From Candidatus Heimdallarchaeota archaeon (lineage in GTDB: Archaea; Asgardarchaeota; Heimdallarchaeia; Hodarchaeales; Hodarchaeaceae): a DNA stretch of 55,563 nucleotides. Under the pieces are notes generated by a model, which was not told the DNA's origin, did not search any database, and saw nothing but the letters and a program-made list of their open reading frames with translations. The position numbers were made by a program, and so were the translations under genes. The DNA lies in the NCBI GenBank assembly GCA_048881705.1, contig JBHLSH010000014.1, positions 1-55,563 on the forward strand, written 5' to 3'. This document shows, piece by piece, positions 1 to 9,264 of this stretch; within the stretch, counting starts at the first letter, position 1; every line of letters begins with the position of its first letter.

Positions 1-5
1 TTACA

Positions 6-3000
6 GTGGAAGGGGGAGCAGACTTTACCTTAAGAATAATTACTGAGCCAGTTGAGCGAATTGAAGTTATCGACTGGAATTTTCGATTTAGAATTACACT
101 TAGCAAAACTCTAGGCCTTTACGATCTACTAAACCAGATCTGGTCATCAGCAAATGACCTCATTGATAAGCTCCCCAAGAAAATTAGGGGTAGAGTAAAG
201 ACGCAACTTAATCGAGCCAAACTTACCCCCTACTTGGGGGCAGAATTCGAACTCTTCCTAAATAATGACGGAGATGATGAATTTGTTCAAACTGTATTTT
301 TTGGCGTCTCCATGTATATAGATACACGAATAGTGGATATAGGAGGGGGAGCAGAAGTCGAATTATCATCGCACTTTACTAGTAAAGGTAATTTTTTCAC
401 ATTATCATTGGACTTCGGGTATGAAGTCGATGTACCGTGGCCTTTCAAGGATTTAAACTTAGGTTGGGCTAAAGTATGGAAAATCGGGCCCCTGTCTCCC
501 GAAGGACACCAAATGAATCCAGATACTGATGGCGATGGGTTAACTGATAGCTTTGAAACCCAGATTGGTACGAATCCCAATAATGCCGATAGCGATAATG
601 ATGGCCTTCCCGATGGCGTTGAATTGGCGGTCTATTTCACTTTTCCCACGGATCCCGATTCGGACAATGATGGCCTAACTGACGGAGCGGAAGTTAGTTA
701 TTTTGAAGGGAGATATATCGATCCATTGGGTGATTATGATGGGGATAACAAATCCCATGTATTGGATCCAGATAGCGATAATGATGGGTTAACCGATGGC
801 GAAGAAGTAAATGGAGTGAATTCCCATAGCTATGCATCTGATCCCCTTAAACGAGACTCAGATGGGGATGGGCTTACAGATAATCAGGAAGTTAAGGGTA
901 CGCTTTCAATAACCGTTAATGGAAATACAAGACCAGTCTTTAGTGATCCTATGAATGCCGATAGTGATGGGGATTTACTACATGATAAGGAGGAAGTTAT
1001 GTTGAACTCAGATCCTTTGCTTACTGATACCGACACTGATGGAATTTCTGACTTTAATGAATTGCGAAGATACTCTATTCTGTGGAATAAGACGGACACT
1101 GATGGTGATGGGCTCACTGATGGAGAGGAAATTCTTGGAAAAAATGTTCCAGGAATTGGCACGGTCACCTCCGATCCCAATCTGAATGATACCGATGGGG
1201 ATGGCCTAACAGACTTCTATGAAGTCAAAACTGGAACCCTGATAGGATCCACCGTATTCTATAGCCATCCCCGTTTTATAGATACCGATACGGATGGTGT
1301 TAGTGATTTTGAGGAAGTTAAGATTACACCTACAAATCCATACCTTACAAAACCAAACGTCACTGATACCGATGGGGATGGGCTAGCTGATAACGAGATC
1401 TATGTTCATGGAACGGATCCAACTAATGTAGATTCTGACAATGACAATCTGATTGACGGGGATGAAGTGAATGTTTGGTCAAGTAAACCTTTGATAAATG
1501 ATAGTGACGCTGATGGGATATTGGATGGGGACGAGATTTCTTACTTCAACACGCAGGTCAGTGGGTTTGATGAAAACAGCGATTATGACAGTGATGGCAT
1601 CAAAGGAATTTTGGATTTCGATTCTGATGGTGGTGGCGTAAGCGACGGAGCAGAATTTGAAGCGAATAATGCTACATATACTTTTAATTTAACAGATCCA
1701 TCTGATGATAAATGGGCTGATAGCGATCATGATGGGATGCCAGATCTTTGGGAAGATAACAATGGTCTACTCAAAAATGACGCAACTGATAATATGACTG
1801 ATACCGATGGGGACGGATTATTAAACGTCTATGAGTACAGGAACAACACTAATCCGCAAATTCCTGACACGGATGGAGATGGTATCTCTGACGGACTGGA
1901 GGTCAATTATTGGCGAAGTATTCCTACAAATAAAGACAGTGATGGAGATGGGTTAACGGACGGTTCTGAAGTCGCTTATTTCAACGATACGATCTTAACA
2001 AAATCTAATTTTACCCGAGATAGCAATTTTGATACCGACTCCCTTACAGGCATAATGGATAATGATACTGATGGCGATGGACTCTCTGATGGCACCGAAG
2101 CCTCGTTAACAGGATATTCCCTACCAATTGTCAACAGTACATTAAGTGACACCGATACCGATGGCTTGTCCGACGGTATCGAAGTTCTGACTTATCACAC
2201 CGACCCCACAACAGATGATACTGATGTTGACGGTCTAAAAGATATTGAGGAGATTAATGGTGTCATGATTGAGTGGAATGGCACCGGTATCACTGTTCCC
2301 ATGATGGTTTTTTCTGACCCTAATATCGCTGATACGGACAACGATGGGTTAACCGATGGCGAAGAAGTACTGATCTGGAATAGCTTTCCTAGGGATCCCG
2401 ACAGCGACAACGATAGCATTAATGATGGACATGAAGTTAACTATTTTCTCCCGTACGGCTTCACGCAGTTTAGCAATTATGATGGTGATATAATCACGGG
2501 AATTCAAGATGCTGATTCTGATAATGATGGATTGCTAGATGGAGAAGAGTTGGCGCGAGGAACCAATCCTACAGTAGTTGACTCTGATGGTGACCAAATG
2601 GGAGACTATGATGAAGTATATGGCTATGGCTTTAACTATACAGATCCCTTTACTAGTTTGCCTCAACAAATCCTATTCTATACCGATCCATTGGATAGTG
2701 ACTCTGATGACGATGGATTAGAGGATGGAGAGGAAGTGAATGGAATTATACCATACAATTGGTATACTGACCCGACCGACAAAGATACGGATGGAGACGG
2801 GCTGATCGATGGCGTTGAGGTCGGTGGAATCAACATGACCGTTATGAACAACAACCTCACTGTTGTTACCAATCCCATGCACCCCGATACCGATGGCGAT
2901 ATGATTAGTGATTTCGAGGAAATCTACAGTTGGAATTGGTTCTCAAAGCGAATCTATGATGTCAGACAACGTACCGATGTGGTAAGTATTGGTAGTGGTG

Positions 3001-4352
3001 ATGCCCCTCCCCTTCAAGTTCAGATGACACGAGAAACGCAATATACAAGCATAGCTGCGCTTAGGGGTGGTTACATTACTAACCCAACCATCCCTGATAC
3101 TGATAATGATGGGTTAACCGAAGGACAAGAAAAGTATGGAATGGCAAACTATACATTCATTCAATTTCCAAGTCATAATTTTGAAGCCATCTCCATGCCA
3201 GTAATAACAAATCCTGTAAAGAATGATACCGATGGGGATGGGCTTTTAGATGGAACTGAAGTTAATGCAACCAACCCAAACAGAAGAGACACGGATGAGG
3301 ACGGATTAAGCGACTTTGACGAAATTAACATTTATCACACCAGTCCTACCTCCTTCGATACTGACAATGATCAATTAAACGACAAGTTTGAGGTACTGAT
3401 ATCGTATCAAAATTCCACTCTTCTAGTAAACAAGACCGATCCTCGGGATTATGATACGGATAAAGATGGTTTAACAGACGGGTTTGAGAAATCTATTCTA
3501 CATTCTCATCCATTGAATAACGATACAGATTACGACGGCTTGTTGGATGGCGATGAATACAATCTCTATAAGACCAATCCCTTCTTGAATGATACCGATA
3601 ATGACGGTCTGACCGATCCACAAGAGATAAATCTCTATCTGACCGATCCCCTTGATCCAGACTCCGATGATGATGGGATTTATGACGGGGTCGAGGTCAA
3701 CTTTTACCTGACGGATCCGCTGGATCCAGATGAAAACAATGACGATGAATTAGATGGCTGGGATTATGATTATGATAATGATAATCTCACAGATTACGAA
3801 GAAACTATCGTTTATGGGACGTTCTATTACGAAGAAGACACTGATGAAGATGGACTTTGGGATGGTGCTGAACGAGATTACTTCGAATTTTGGGACGAGG
3901 ACCCTGCAGGGGATCCTGATAAGGACGGACTGGAAAATCTACTTGATCCAGATTCTGACAATGATGGTCTAAATGATTCTATGGAATACACATATGGGAC
4001 AAATCCCGCCAAGGTCGACACCGATAAGGATCAGTTAGATGATTATGACGAGATTTTCATCTATTTCACCGATCCCCGGGATCCTGATACTGATGATGAC
4101 GGATTAATTGACTCAAAAGAGCTTGAGATAGGAACTGATCCATTAGACGCTGATTCGGACAATGATGGTTGGAATGATGGGATGGATCCCGAGCCATTAA
4201 ACCCTCTCAGTCCCAACTTACTTCTTGCATTCATCGGGGTACCAAGTGTTGCTCTGTTAGCTTTAGGCGTCGTATACCGTCAAAGATTAGCCCAAATCAC
4301 CAGTAATATGCTAGAAAAGCTTAGACAGAATTTTCAAAATGGTTCTGAATGA
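6..4352 (+). CDS. Large membrane-anchored surface protein with bacterial TSP3-like Ca2+-binding repeats; 5' end probably outside the window
   Basis: About 45-48 D-[TS]-D-x-D-G-L-x-D motifs counted by eye. C-terminal hydrophobic helix LLLAFIGVPSVALLALGVVY followed by a basic tail. The frame is open back to the window edge and no signal peptide is visible. Confidence 0.85.
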   Translation: MEGGADFTLRIITEPVERIEVIDWNFRFRITLSKTLGLYDLLNQIWSSANDLIDKLPKKIRGRVKTQLNRAKLTPYLGAEFELFLNNDGDDEFVQTVFFGVSMYIDTRIVDIGGGAEVELSSHFTSKGNFFTLSLDFGYEVDVPWPFKDLNLGWAKVWKIGPLSPEGHQMNPDTDGDGLTDSFETQIGTNPNNADSDNDGLPDGVELAVYFTFPTDPDSDNDGLTDGAEVSYFEGRYIDPLGDYDGDNKSHVLDPDSDNDGLTDGEEVNGVNSHSYASDPLKRDSDGDGLTDNQEVKGTLSITVNGNTRPVFSDPMNADSDGDLLHDKEEVMLNSDPLLTDTDTDGISDFNELRRYSILWNKTDTDGDGLTDGEEILGKNVPGIGTVTSDPNLNDTDGDGLTDFYEVKTGTLIGSTVFYSHPRFIDTDTDGVSDFEEVKITPTNPYLTKPNVTDTDGDGLADNEIYVHGTDPTNVDSDNDNLIDGDEVNVWSSKPLINDSDADGILDGDEISYFNTQVSGFDENSDYDSDGIKGILDFDSDGGGVSDGAEFEANNATYTFNLTDPSDDKWADSDHDGMPDLWEDNNGLLKNDATDNMTDTDGDGLLNVYEYRNNTNPQIPDTDGDGISDGLEVNYWRSIPTNKDSDGDGLTDGSEVAYFNDTILTKSNFTRDSNFDTDSLTGIMDNDTDGDGLSDGTEASLTGYSLPIVNSTLSDTDTDGLSDGIEVLTYHTDPTTDDTDVDGLKDIEEINGVMIEWNGTGITVPMMVFSDPNIADTDNDGLTDGEEVLIWNSFPRDPDSDNDSINDGHEVNYFLPYGFTQFSNYDGDIITGIQDADSDNDGLLDGEELARGTNPTVVDSDGDQMGDYDEVYGYGFNYTDPFTSLPQQILFYTDPLDSDSDDDGLEDGEEVNGIIPYNWYTDPTDKDTDGDGLIDGVEVGGINMTVMNNNLTVVTNPMHPDTDGDMISDFEEIYSWNWFSKRIYDVRQRTDVVSIGSGDAPPLQVQMTRETQYTSIAALRGGYITNPTIPDTDNDGLTEGQEKYGMANYTFIQFPSHNFEAISMPVITNPVKNDTDGDGLLDGTEVNATNPNRRDTDEDGLSDFDEINIYHTSPTSFDTDNDQLNDKFEVLISYQNSTLLVNKTDPRDYDTDKDGLTDGFEKSILHSHPLNNDTDYDGLLDGDEYNLYKTNPFLNDTDNDGLTDPQEINLYLTDPLDPDSDDDGIYDGVEVNFYLTDPLDPDENNDDELDGWDYDYDNDNLTDYEETIVYGTFYYEEDTDEDGLWDGAERDYFEFWDEDPAGDPDKDGLENLLDPDSDNDGLNDSMEYTYGTNPAKVDTDKDQLDDYDEIFIYFTDPRDPDTDDDGLIDSKELEIGTDPLDADSDNDGWNDGMDPEPLNPLSPNLLLAFIGVPSVALLALGVVYRQRLAQITSNMLEKLRQNFQNGSE

Positions 4353-4723
4353 TTTCTGGTGACTTCGGTCTCCATAAGCCGCGCTTATCAAACAGGGCTT
4401 AAATTACGTGAAAAAAACTAAGCTTAAACAGCCTATTTTTACTCAGATGGTTCACGCGGTGTGACTCGGTACAAGGCCTTCCTATTGGGTGAGGTTTCGT
4501 GTGGATTTCGACAGGGATTTGGAGCCCTTTTTTCATAATGAGGAACCATTAACGGAGTACTAGATACTAGGGTGCTTATTAGCTCAACCTACCGAAAATG
4601 AGTTCCTAGGGTGGATAAAAAGAGGTAGAACCTAGAGGGAGGGGGAACGGTGAGACAATTATGCCCCCAGATGAAGGTCCCGGAAGTTCGAAATAACGTT
4701 TTGTTAACAGGCCCGCCCCTCGG

Positions 4724-4767
4724 TTGAAATTAGAAGACTTATTCTTCTAATCTTCAATTTTTATTTT
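4724..4767 (+). terminator. Hairpin plus T-tract, convergent on the 3' end of the 512-aa gene
   Basis: TTGAA-ATTAGAAGA-(CTTAT)-TCTTCTAAT-C-TTCAA is a 14-bp stem with one bulge, followed by TTTTTATTTT on the + strand. Confidence 0.55.
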
Positions 4768-4772
4768 CCATT

Positions 4773-6311
4773 TCATAAGATCTCCGGAGAAACCCATTGA
4801 TTGTTTTGCGCATCAAACCAGTCAATACTGTGAGGCACGTTGGTGTAATAGCTTATAATGGGATGGACTTTCCAATTTAGAGTCTCCTTAATCCAGTGGA
4901 GTAGGGGGGAGTTTAAGCGGGCCAGTACCAAAATAGAATCAGGTGTATAATAGATCCGACCAAATGGTAGAAGATTGAGAAAACGTTGCAATAGAAGGAA
5001 AGACATAGGAGGGACATGAATAGCATACAAATCGAGGGAAAACTCACTTAGCAGATGCCAAGGGACAAAGAAAGGGGTCATCACACCATTGAAATACAAT
5101 TGCTTAATCAATCCCATTTCCGCTCTGGTCAGCTGCGATGCAGGATCATATCTAGATAGAGTAGGAAGGGATGAGAACCCATAAGTTGCAGGAATCTTGC
5201 AATAAAGGGTGATAATTTGGTACTGGAGGGGATGCTGAGTATAATCCCAACTCGTATTAAACGGGCGGGGGATGAAAAGGGAACGAGGTTTCACTTGGGG
5301 GCCAATAAGTTCCTTCGATGTTAGTTCCGAGGTTAAGCGATTTAGCAATGTTGAGGGGGGGTCACTCCATCCAGATTTCGGGCGATAAAGGAAGAATGAG
5401 GCACTTCTTTGCGTGTTGCTGATTTGGGACAGCTCACCAATTGAGAGACTGCCTTTCTTTTCCTCACGGTAAAAAAACGTCATTATGGTTTCAATGTCTC
5501 GGCTAGGGACTACCAAGAGTCCCAAATAGCTATTTGGTTGGTCGTTAACACGAAAAACCTCACTAGCCATAAGTGTAGAATTTTTCGCATCAGATAGGTC
5601 TATAACTGATGTCAATTGAGTAGAGAGTTTTAACTGGAACACTACAAATAGCCAATCTAGCCCAAAAGCGGGAGTAAAAAAATGGAAAAACCAGCGCCCG
5701 TCTATCAAGGAAAAAAGACGCGTTAGTTCTTGTGTAACACTCACTCCGGAAGGAAATGTGGCTCGCTCTGCCAAATACTCCGATAGACGGTTACCATCCA
5801 TCGCCAAGATTCCAGATTCAGCAATAGAAGAATATACAGCTTCAAGGATACGTAATTGGTCATCTGTAAGAAATATAAGCTGTTTATTGCTTTCATACTG
5901 CAATTTTTCCCAAGCAGGATCCCCTAACGGTATAGCATTCCGAGTCAACTGAAAAATTCCCTTTATTGGAGGTGCCCCTCTGAGTGTCCGTAAAAGATAA
6001 CCATAAAATTCAGTGGCATGATATTTAAGGCTATTTTGAAGAAGAAGGTGAGCATTTTTTAGAAAAGTTTCAGCAAACCAGTAATATGGAGTTGCTAGAT
6101 ATGATTTCGAGGCTCGAATTTCGAGACGAAGATCCAGCATTCTTTGTGCAAGCTGTTTTCGGTTGAAATCAGCCTCTCTATAATATTCGAGAACATGGAG
6201 AAGTTTCTCTAAAACCAGTCTATCCGTGGGTGGATAATGGTCAAAATTCCTTGGGAGGTGAGCTAAAACGGTTTGGAGCGATTGTTGCAGATTTTCCCGA
6301 ACACGCGCCAA
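4773..6311 (-). CDS. Asgard-type tandem Lrp/AsnC-like (wHTH + RAM-like, duplicated) protein, 512 aa
   Basis: Lrp-like helix starts LTDDQLRIL and LTRAEMGLI. FFTPAFGL resembles the Lrp DxxKLG[LY] hinge. C-terminal FDAQNNQW. TTG start with GGAG 9 nt upstream and TTTATAA further upstream. Same size class and layout as 47849..49372. Confidence 0.55.
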   Translation of the reverse strand: MARVRENLQQSLQTVLAHLPRNFDHYPPTDRLVLEKLLHVLEYYREADFNRKQLAQRMLDLRLEIRASKSYLATPYYWFAETFLKNAHLLLQNSLKYHATEFYGYLLRTLRGAPPIKGIFQLTRNAIPLGDPAWEKLQYESNKQLIFLTDDQLRILEAVYSSIAESGILAMDGNRLSEYLAERATFPSGVSVTQELTRLFSLIDGRWFFHFFTPAFGLDWLFVVFQLKLSTQLTSVIDLSDAKNSTLMASEVFRVNDQPNSYLGLLVVPSRDIETIMTFFYREEKKGSLSIGELSQISNTQRSASFFLYRPKSGWSDPPSTLLNRLTSELTSKELIGPQVKPRSLFIPRPFNTSWDYTQHPLQYQIITLYCKIPATYGFSSLPTLSRYDPASQLTRAEMGLIKQLYFNGVMTPFFVPWHLLSEFSLDLYAIHVPPMSFLLLQRFLNLLPFGRIYYTPDSILVLARLNSPLLHWIKETLNWKVHPIISYYTNVPHSIDWFDAQNNQWVSPEIL

Positions 6312-6836
6312 TGTAGAAGTCTCCGCGTTATAAATGTCTTACTAAGCCTTAATAGCTCTAAACATTTGTTCCTGTATCCTCAAAAGGTGGAAATGGGGTT
6401 TACCTGATCCTTTCCTTATGCCCTTGATTTTTCTATTACTTTCCCACCTGTTCTGAAATCTAACATATTCCAGGATTCTAGTAATTCAGGAGGTTCTAAT
6501 TTTTGGTATACCAATTCTCGAAGAGTTGGTACAAGACCATCCTAGGTTTACGTTTATAAAACTTGCAGGGTAGTATTTTCACTGTCTTTTTTCAAATGTT
6601 AGAGAAAAAATATTGCTGATAATAAAAAGAGAGGAGGGGTGAGGAGATCCAGTGTGAAGATGTATTTTAAGTACTGTACCATAATTCTGGTCAGGGCAAG
6701 AAAGAGCCTTGTCTGCAAAAAGGCAATCTTAAGGAACTGAAAGAAGCTCTGACCGTTAATCGGGGTTAGCTAGCCCAGAATAGTGGGGACGAAACTTTGA
6801 CTGATCTTCGATATGGATCAAGGAATTAGTGGGTCT

Positions 6837-9257
6837 TCAATGGATATCACACTTATTTGTCCTATATACTTGATCAATTATTGCTTTTAAGAGTTGAATA
6901 ATGTAGTTTTGAATCTTATTAATCTTAGGCAATTCCTCAAATGAGTGAAGCTCAAAAAGCTCGTATTTACAATAAATGGAATAATTACCCGATTTCAAAA
7001 TATCGATCAAATCCATCTTTGTAAAATACAGATTTGAATAATTTTTCAGAGTTTTATACTTGAGAAGTTCCAGAAAAACTTCTTGATAGTCAATTATTTC
7101 AAGGATTTCCTCTTTTAACCGAACCTCTTTTCGAGACGAATCAATACGAGTAAGAAAATCATTTCTCAGAGAATTAAGGGAATCTACTTTTGAACTCAAA
7201 TCGATCCTTACTTTAGGAATTGGATGCTTCAACGAAGTGATTTGTACCTCATTTACGAAGATACCCAGCTTTTTAGCATTTTGAGAAAGTTCTTGATCTC
7301 GAATTAAAATATCGTCTTTTCTAGACCTAGCGGAGCTCACAATCTCTTTGATTCCTTCTTCTTTCAAGGTTTCTCTGAAAATTGCCATATAATCTGCATT
7401 GAGACCATATATCTCCAATGTTTCAAGAATTGTGAAAAATTTTGGAATTACTATATTGACATTGACACGGGGATCTACTTCTATTGCGTGAGACCGCTTT
7501 AAAAAATTTTTATACCCCTTCAAGCGAATACCTCGCCCAAATAGCTGAATTATTTGTGCTCCTTGCTTTTTTCCTATGTTTAACAACCCCATTGAAGAGA
7601 CACGATATGAATTCCACCCTTCCCTAAATTTCTTTGAACCGAGAAGGAAATTTATAGGAGACGTTTTTTCCTCTATTCGTTTGAATAGTGATTCTTCTAG
7701 ATGGGTCGGTTGAGCAAATATAAAATCCGCGTCGTGCTCCACTAGCTTTAAGAAGGTTGAAACATCCCCAATATTGATCAATCCAAAGTATTCTGATCCC
7801 AATTTTAATCCAACTTCCCCATCTGCTTTTTTAATCTCTATAAAGCGAATTTTCTTTGAGGATGTGGAATGAAACAGTATATAAAGCATTTGCTCATAAA
7901 TATCTTCGATTTGTAATTGTTTTTTACCAATAAGATGTTTTAGGTATTGAAATTTATATTGAAAAACAGATTTGTTATTTACATCAAGTAGACTTGATCT
8001 GTTCTCTAGAATATCTGTAACAAGATTTTTAAACCTGCCTCTATCTTTGATAAACTTGGAAAAGAATTTACACACAAAAAAAACATCGGACCTGTTTTTT
8101 TTCCCACTAACGGAAGTTCCAACGTAGATCATCAACGGGTTATAAACCAAAAATTCTTGAGCCGCAATTTGATGATTTTTAAAGAAGAGTTTTTGCTCGT
8201 ATAAAGAAAGTAATGAACCCGCAAAATATTCGTCATCATAATCTTTCGCATTTCTTAAATTAAGGATGGAATAATCTTTACCATAACCATCCTCATAAAA
8301 AAACTTATAACGATAATCAAAAAGAATTGTGGACGCATATTCATTAAAAGTCTCATCGGTTCCAGATATTTCCCCAAATGTCGCGCTATACTCAAAGGTA
8401 AAGCCTTCATTGCCAACCAGCTGTTCTCGTAATCCTCTCCAAACTTTGGCCTCAGGAGAATGCCCCTTATGACCTTCATCAACAAACAGAATATTTTTTT
8501 CTCCAAAAGCCTCAGCAGGAACGGATAAACCATCTTGAGAGGTGACCTCCTCCTTTATTTTAGAGATCTCTATCACTTGTACACATGTATCAGTAAAATA
8601 TCCCACTCCATCCCACTGTTTTTTTTCAAATCGTCTGTTCTTGATATTACTTTGGTCTAAGTCGTTAACATGTTGAGAGGATAATGTCTCACCTGGAGGT
8701 GTGACGAGAAGAACGTTATCGAATCGAGTGTTATTGTATTTTAAAACTTGAAGTATGTTGAAATGCATGATAAGGGTTTTACCACTACCCGTAGCAGACC
8801 AATAACATAATTTGCGCATGGAGCTCTTATTTGGATGTGGATAAGCTCTGGAATTACTTCGGCTCTCCTTACGGTTCAGCTCAGATACGAATTGTACAAA
8901 ATCTTCATAGAAGGAATCAAAGGTGTTGAAAAAACTATCAAGGTAGATTTCGGTGAATAAAATGGCAATATATTGGAAGTAAGTCAATTGAATGGATGGT
9001 TTCCGTCTAACATTGATCTGCTGGAGGTATTCCTGGATATTCTCATCATATAAATCCAGATTAAGACGAAATTCATTGGAAATGGGCAGAGTTTGGAGAA
9101 CTTCTGTAAAGAAAAACTTTGCATTGGGGCTTATGCCCTCGCGAATGTGTCTTAGCTGTTCTCTAAAGTCTGCGATGCTTTTCAAGGAAAATAATGATGA
9201 AATATATTTGTTTAAGATTAGGAAGTTCTGGAGTTTTTTCTGACCCGTTCTGCCCAT
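6837..9257 (-). CDS. res: Type III restriction enzyme Res subunit (SF2 helicase), apparently truncated before the nuclease domain
   Basis: Motifs SATGSGKT, VDEGH, YSATFG, KKFREGWN and QLFGRGIRL. Likely true start is ATG at 9257, preceded by AGGTGA overlapping the mod stop; the ORF-track start at 9359 overlaps mod. No PD-(D/E)xK motif. Confidence 0.85.
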   Translation of the reverse strand: MGRTGQKKLQNFLILNKYISSLFSLKSIADFREQLRHIREGISPNAKFFFTEVLQTLPISNEFRLNLDLYDENIQEYLQQINVRRKPSIQLTYFQYIAILFTEIYLDSFFNTFDSFYEDFVQFVSELNRKESRSNSRAYPHPNKSSMRKLCYWSATGSGKTLIMHFNILQVLKYNNTRFDNVLLVTPPGETLSSQHVNDLDQSNIKNRRFEKKQWDGVGYFTDTCVQVIEISKIKEEVTSQDGLSVPAEAFGEKNILFVDEGHKGHSPEAKVWRGLREQLVGNEGFTFEYSATFGEISGTDETFNEYASTILFDYRYKFFYEDGYGKDYSILNLRNAKDYDDEYFAGSLLSLYEQKLFFKNHQIAAQEFLVYNPLMIYVGTSVSGKKNRSDVFFVCKFFSKFIKDRGRFKNLVTDILENRSSLLDVNNKSVFQYKFQYLKHLIGKKQLQIEDIYEQMLYILFHSTSSKKIRFIEIKKADGEVGLKLGSEYFGLINIGDVSTFLKLVEHDADFIFAQPTHLEESLFKRIEEKTSPINFLLGSKKFREGWNSYRVSSMGLLNIGKKQGAQIIQLFGRGIRLKGYKNFLKRSHAIEVDPRVNVNIVIPKFFTILETLEIYGLNADYMAIFRETLKEEGIKEIVSSARSRKDDILIRDQELSQNAKKLGIFVNEVQITSLKHPIPKVRIDLSSKVDSLNSLRNDFLTRIDSSRKEVRLKEEILEIIDYQEVFLELLKYKTLKNYSNLYFTKMDLIDILKSGNYSIYCKYELFELHSFEELPKINKIQNYIIQLLKAIIDQVYRTNKCDIH

Positions 9258-9264
9258 CCAAATA

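Noticed and set aside
287-3972. Several short antisense or off-frame ORFs within the TSP3-repeat gene
   Set aside because: Their Ser/Pro/Val-rich sequences are the reverse complement of Asp-Gly repeats (shadow ORFs).
4490-4530. TGGATTTCGACAGGGATTTGG resembles the 5' end of bacterial tmRNA (GGATTCGACAGGGAT)
   Set aside because: No 5' GGGG acceptor strand, no paired T-arm or CCA end downstream and no tag ORF. tmRNA is not known in archaea.
6735-6800. CTGA...GGACGAAAC resembling a hammerhead ribozyme core
   Set aside because: The core reads CTGAAAGA rather than CTGANGA, and stems I-III do not close.
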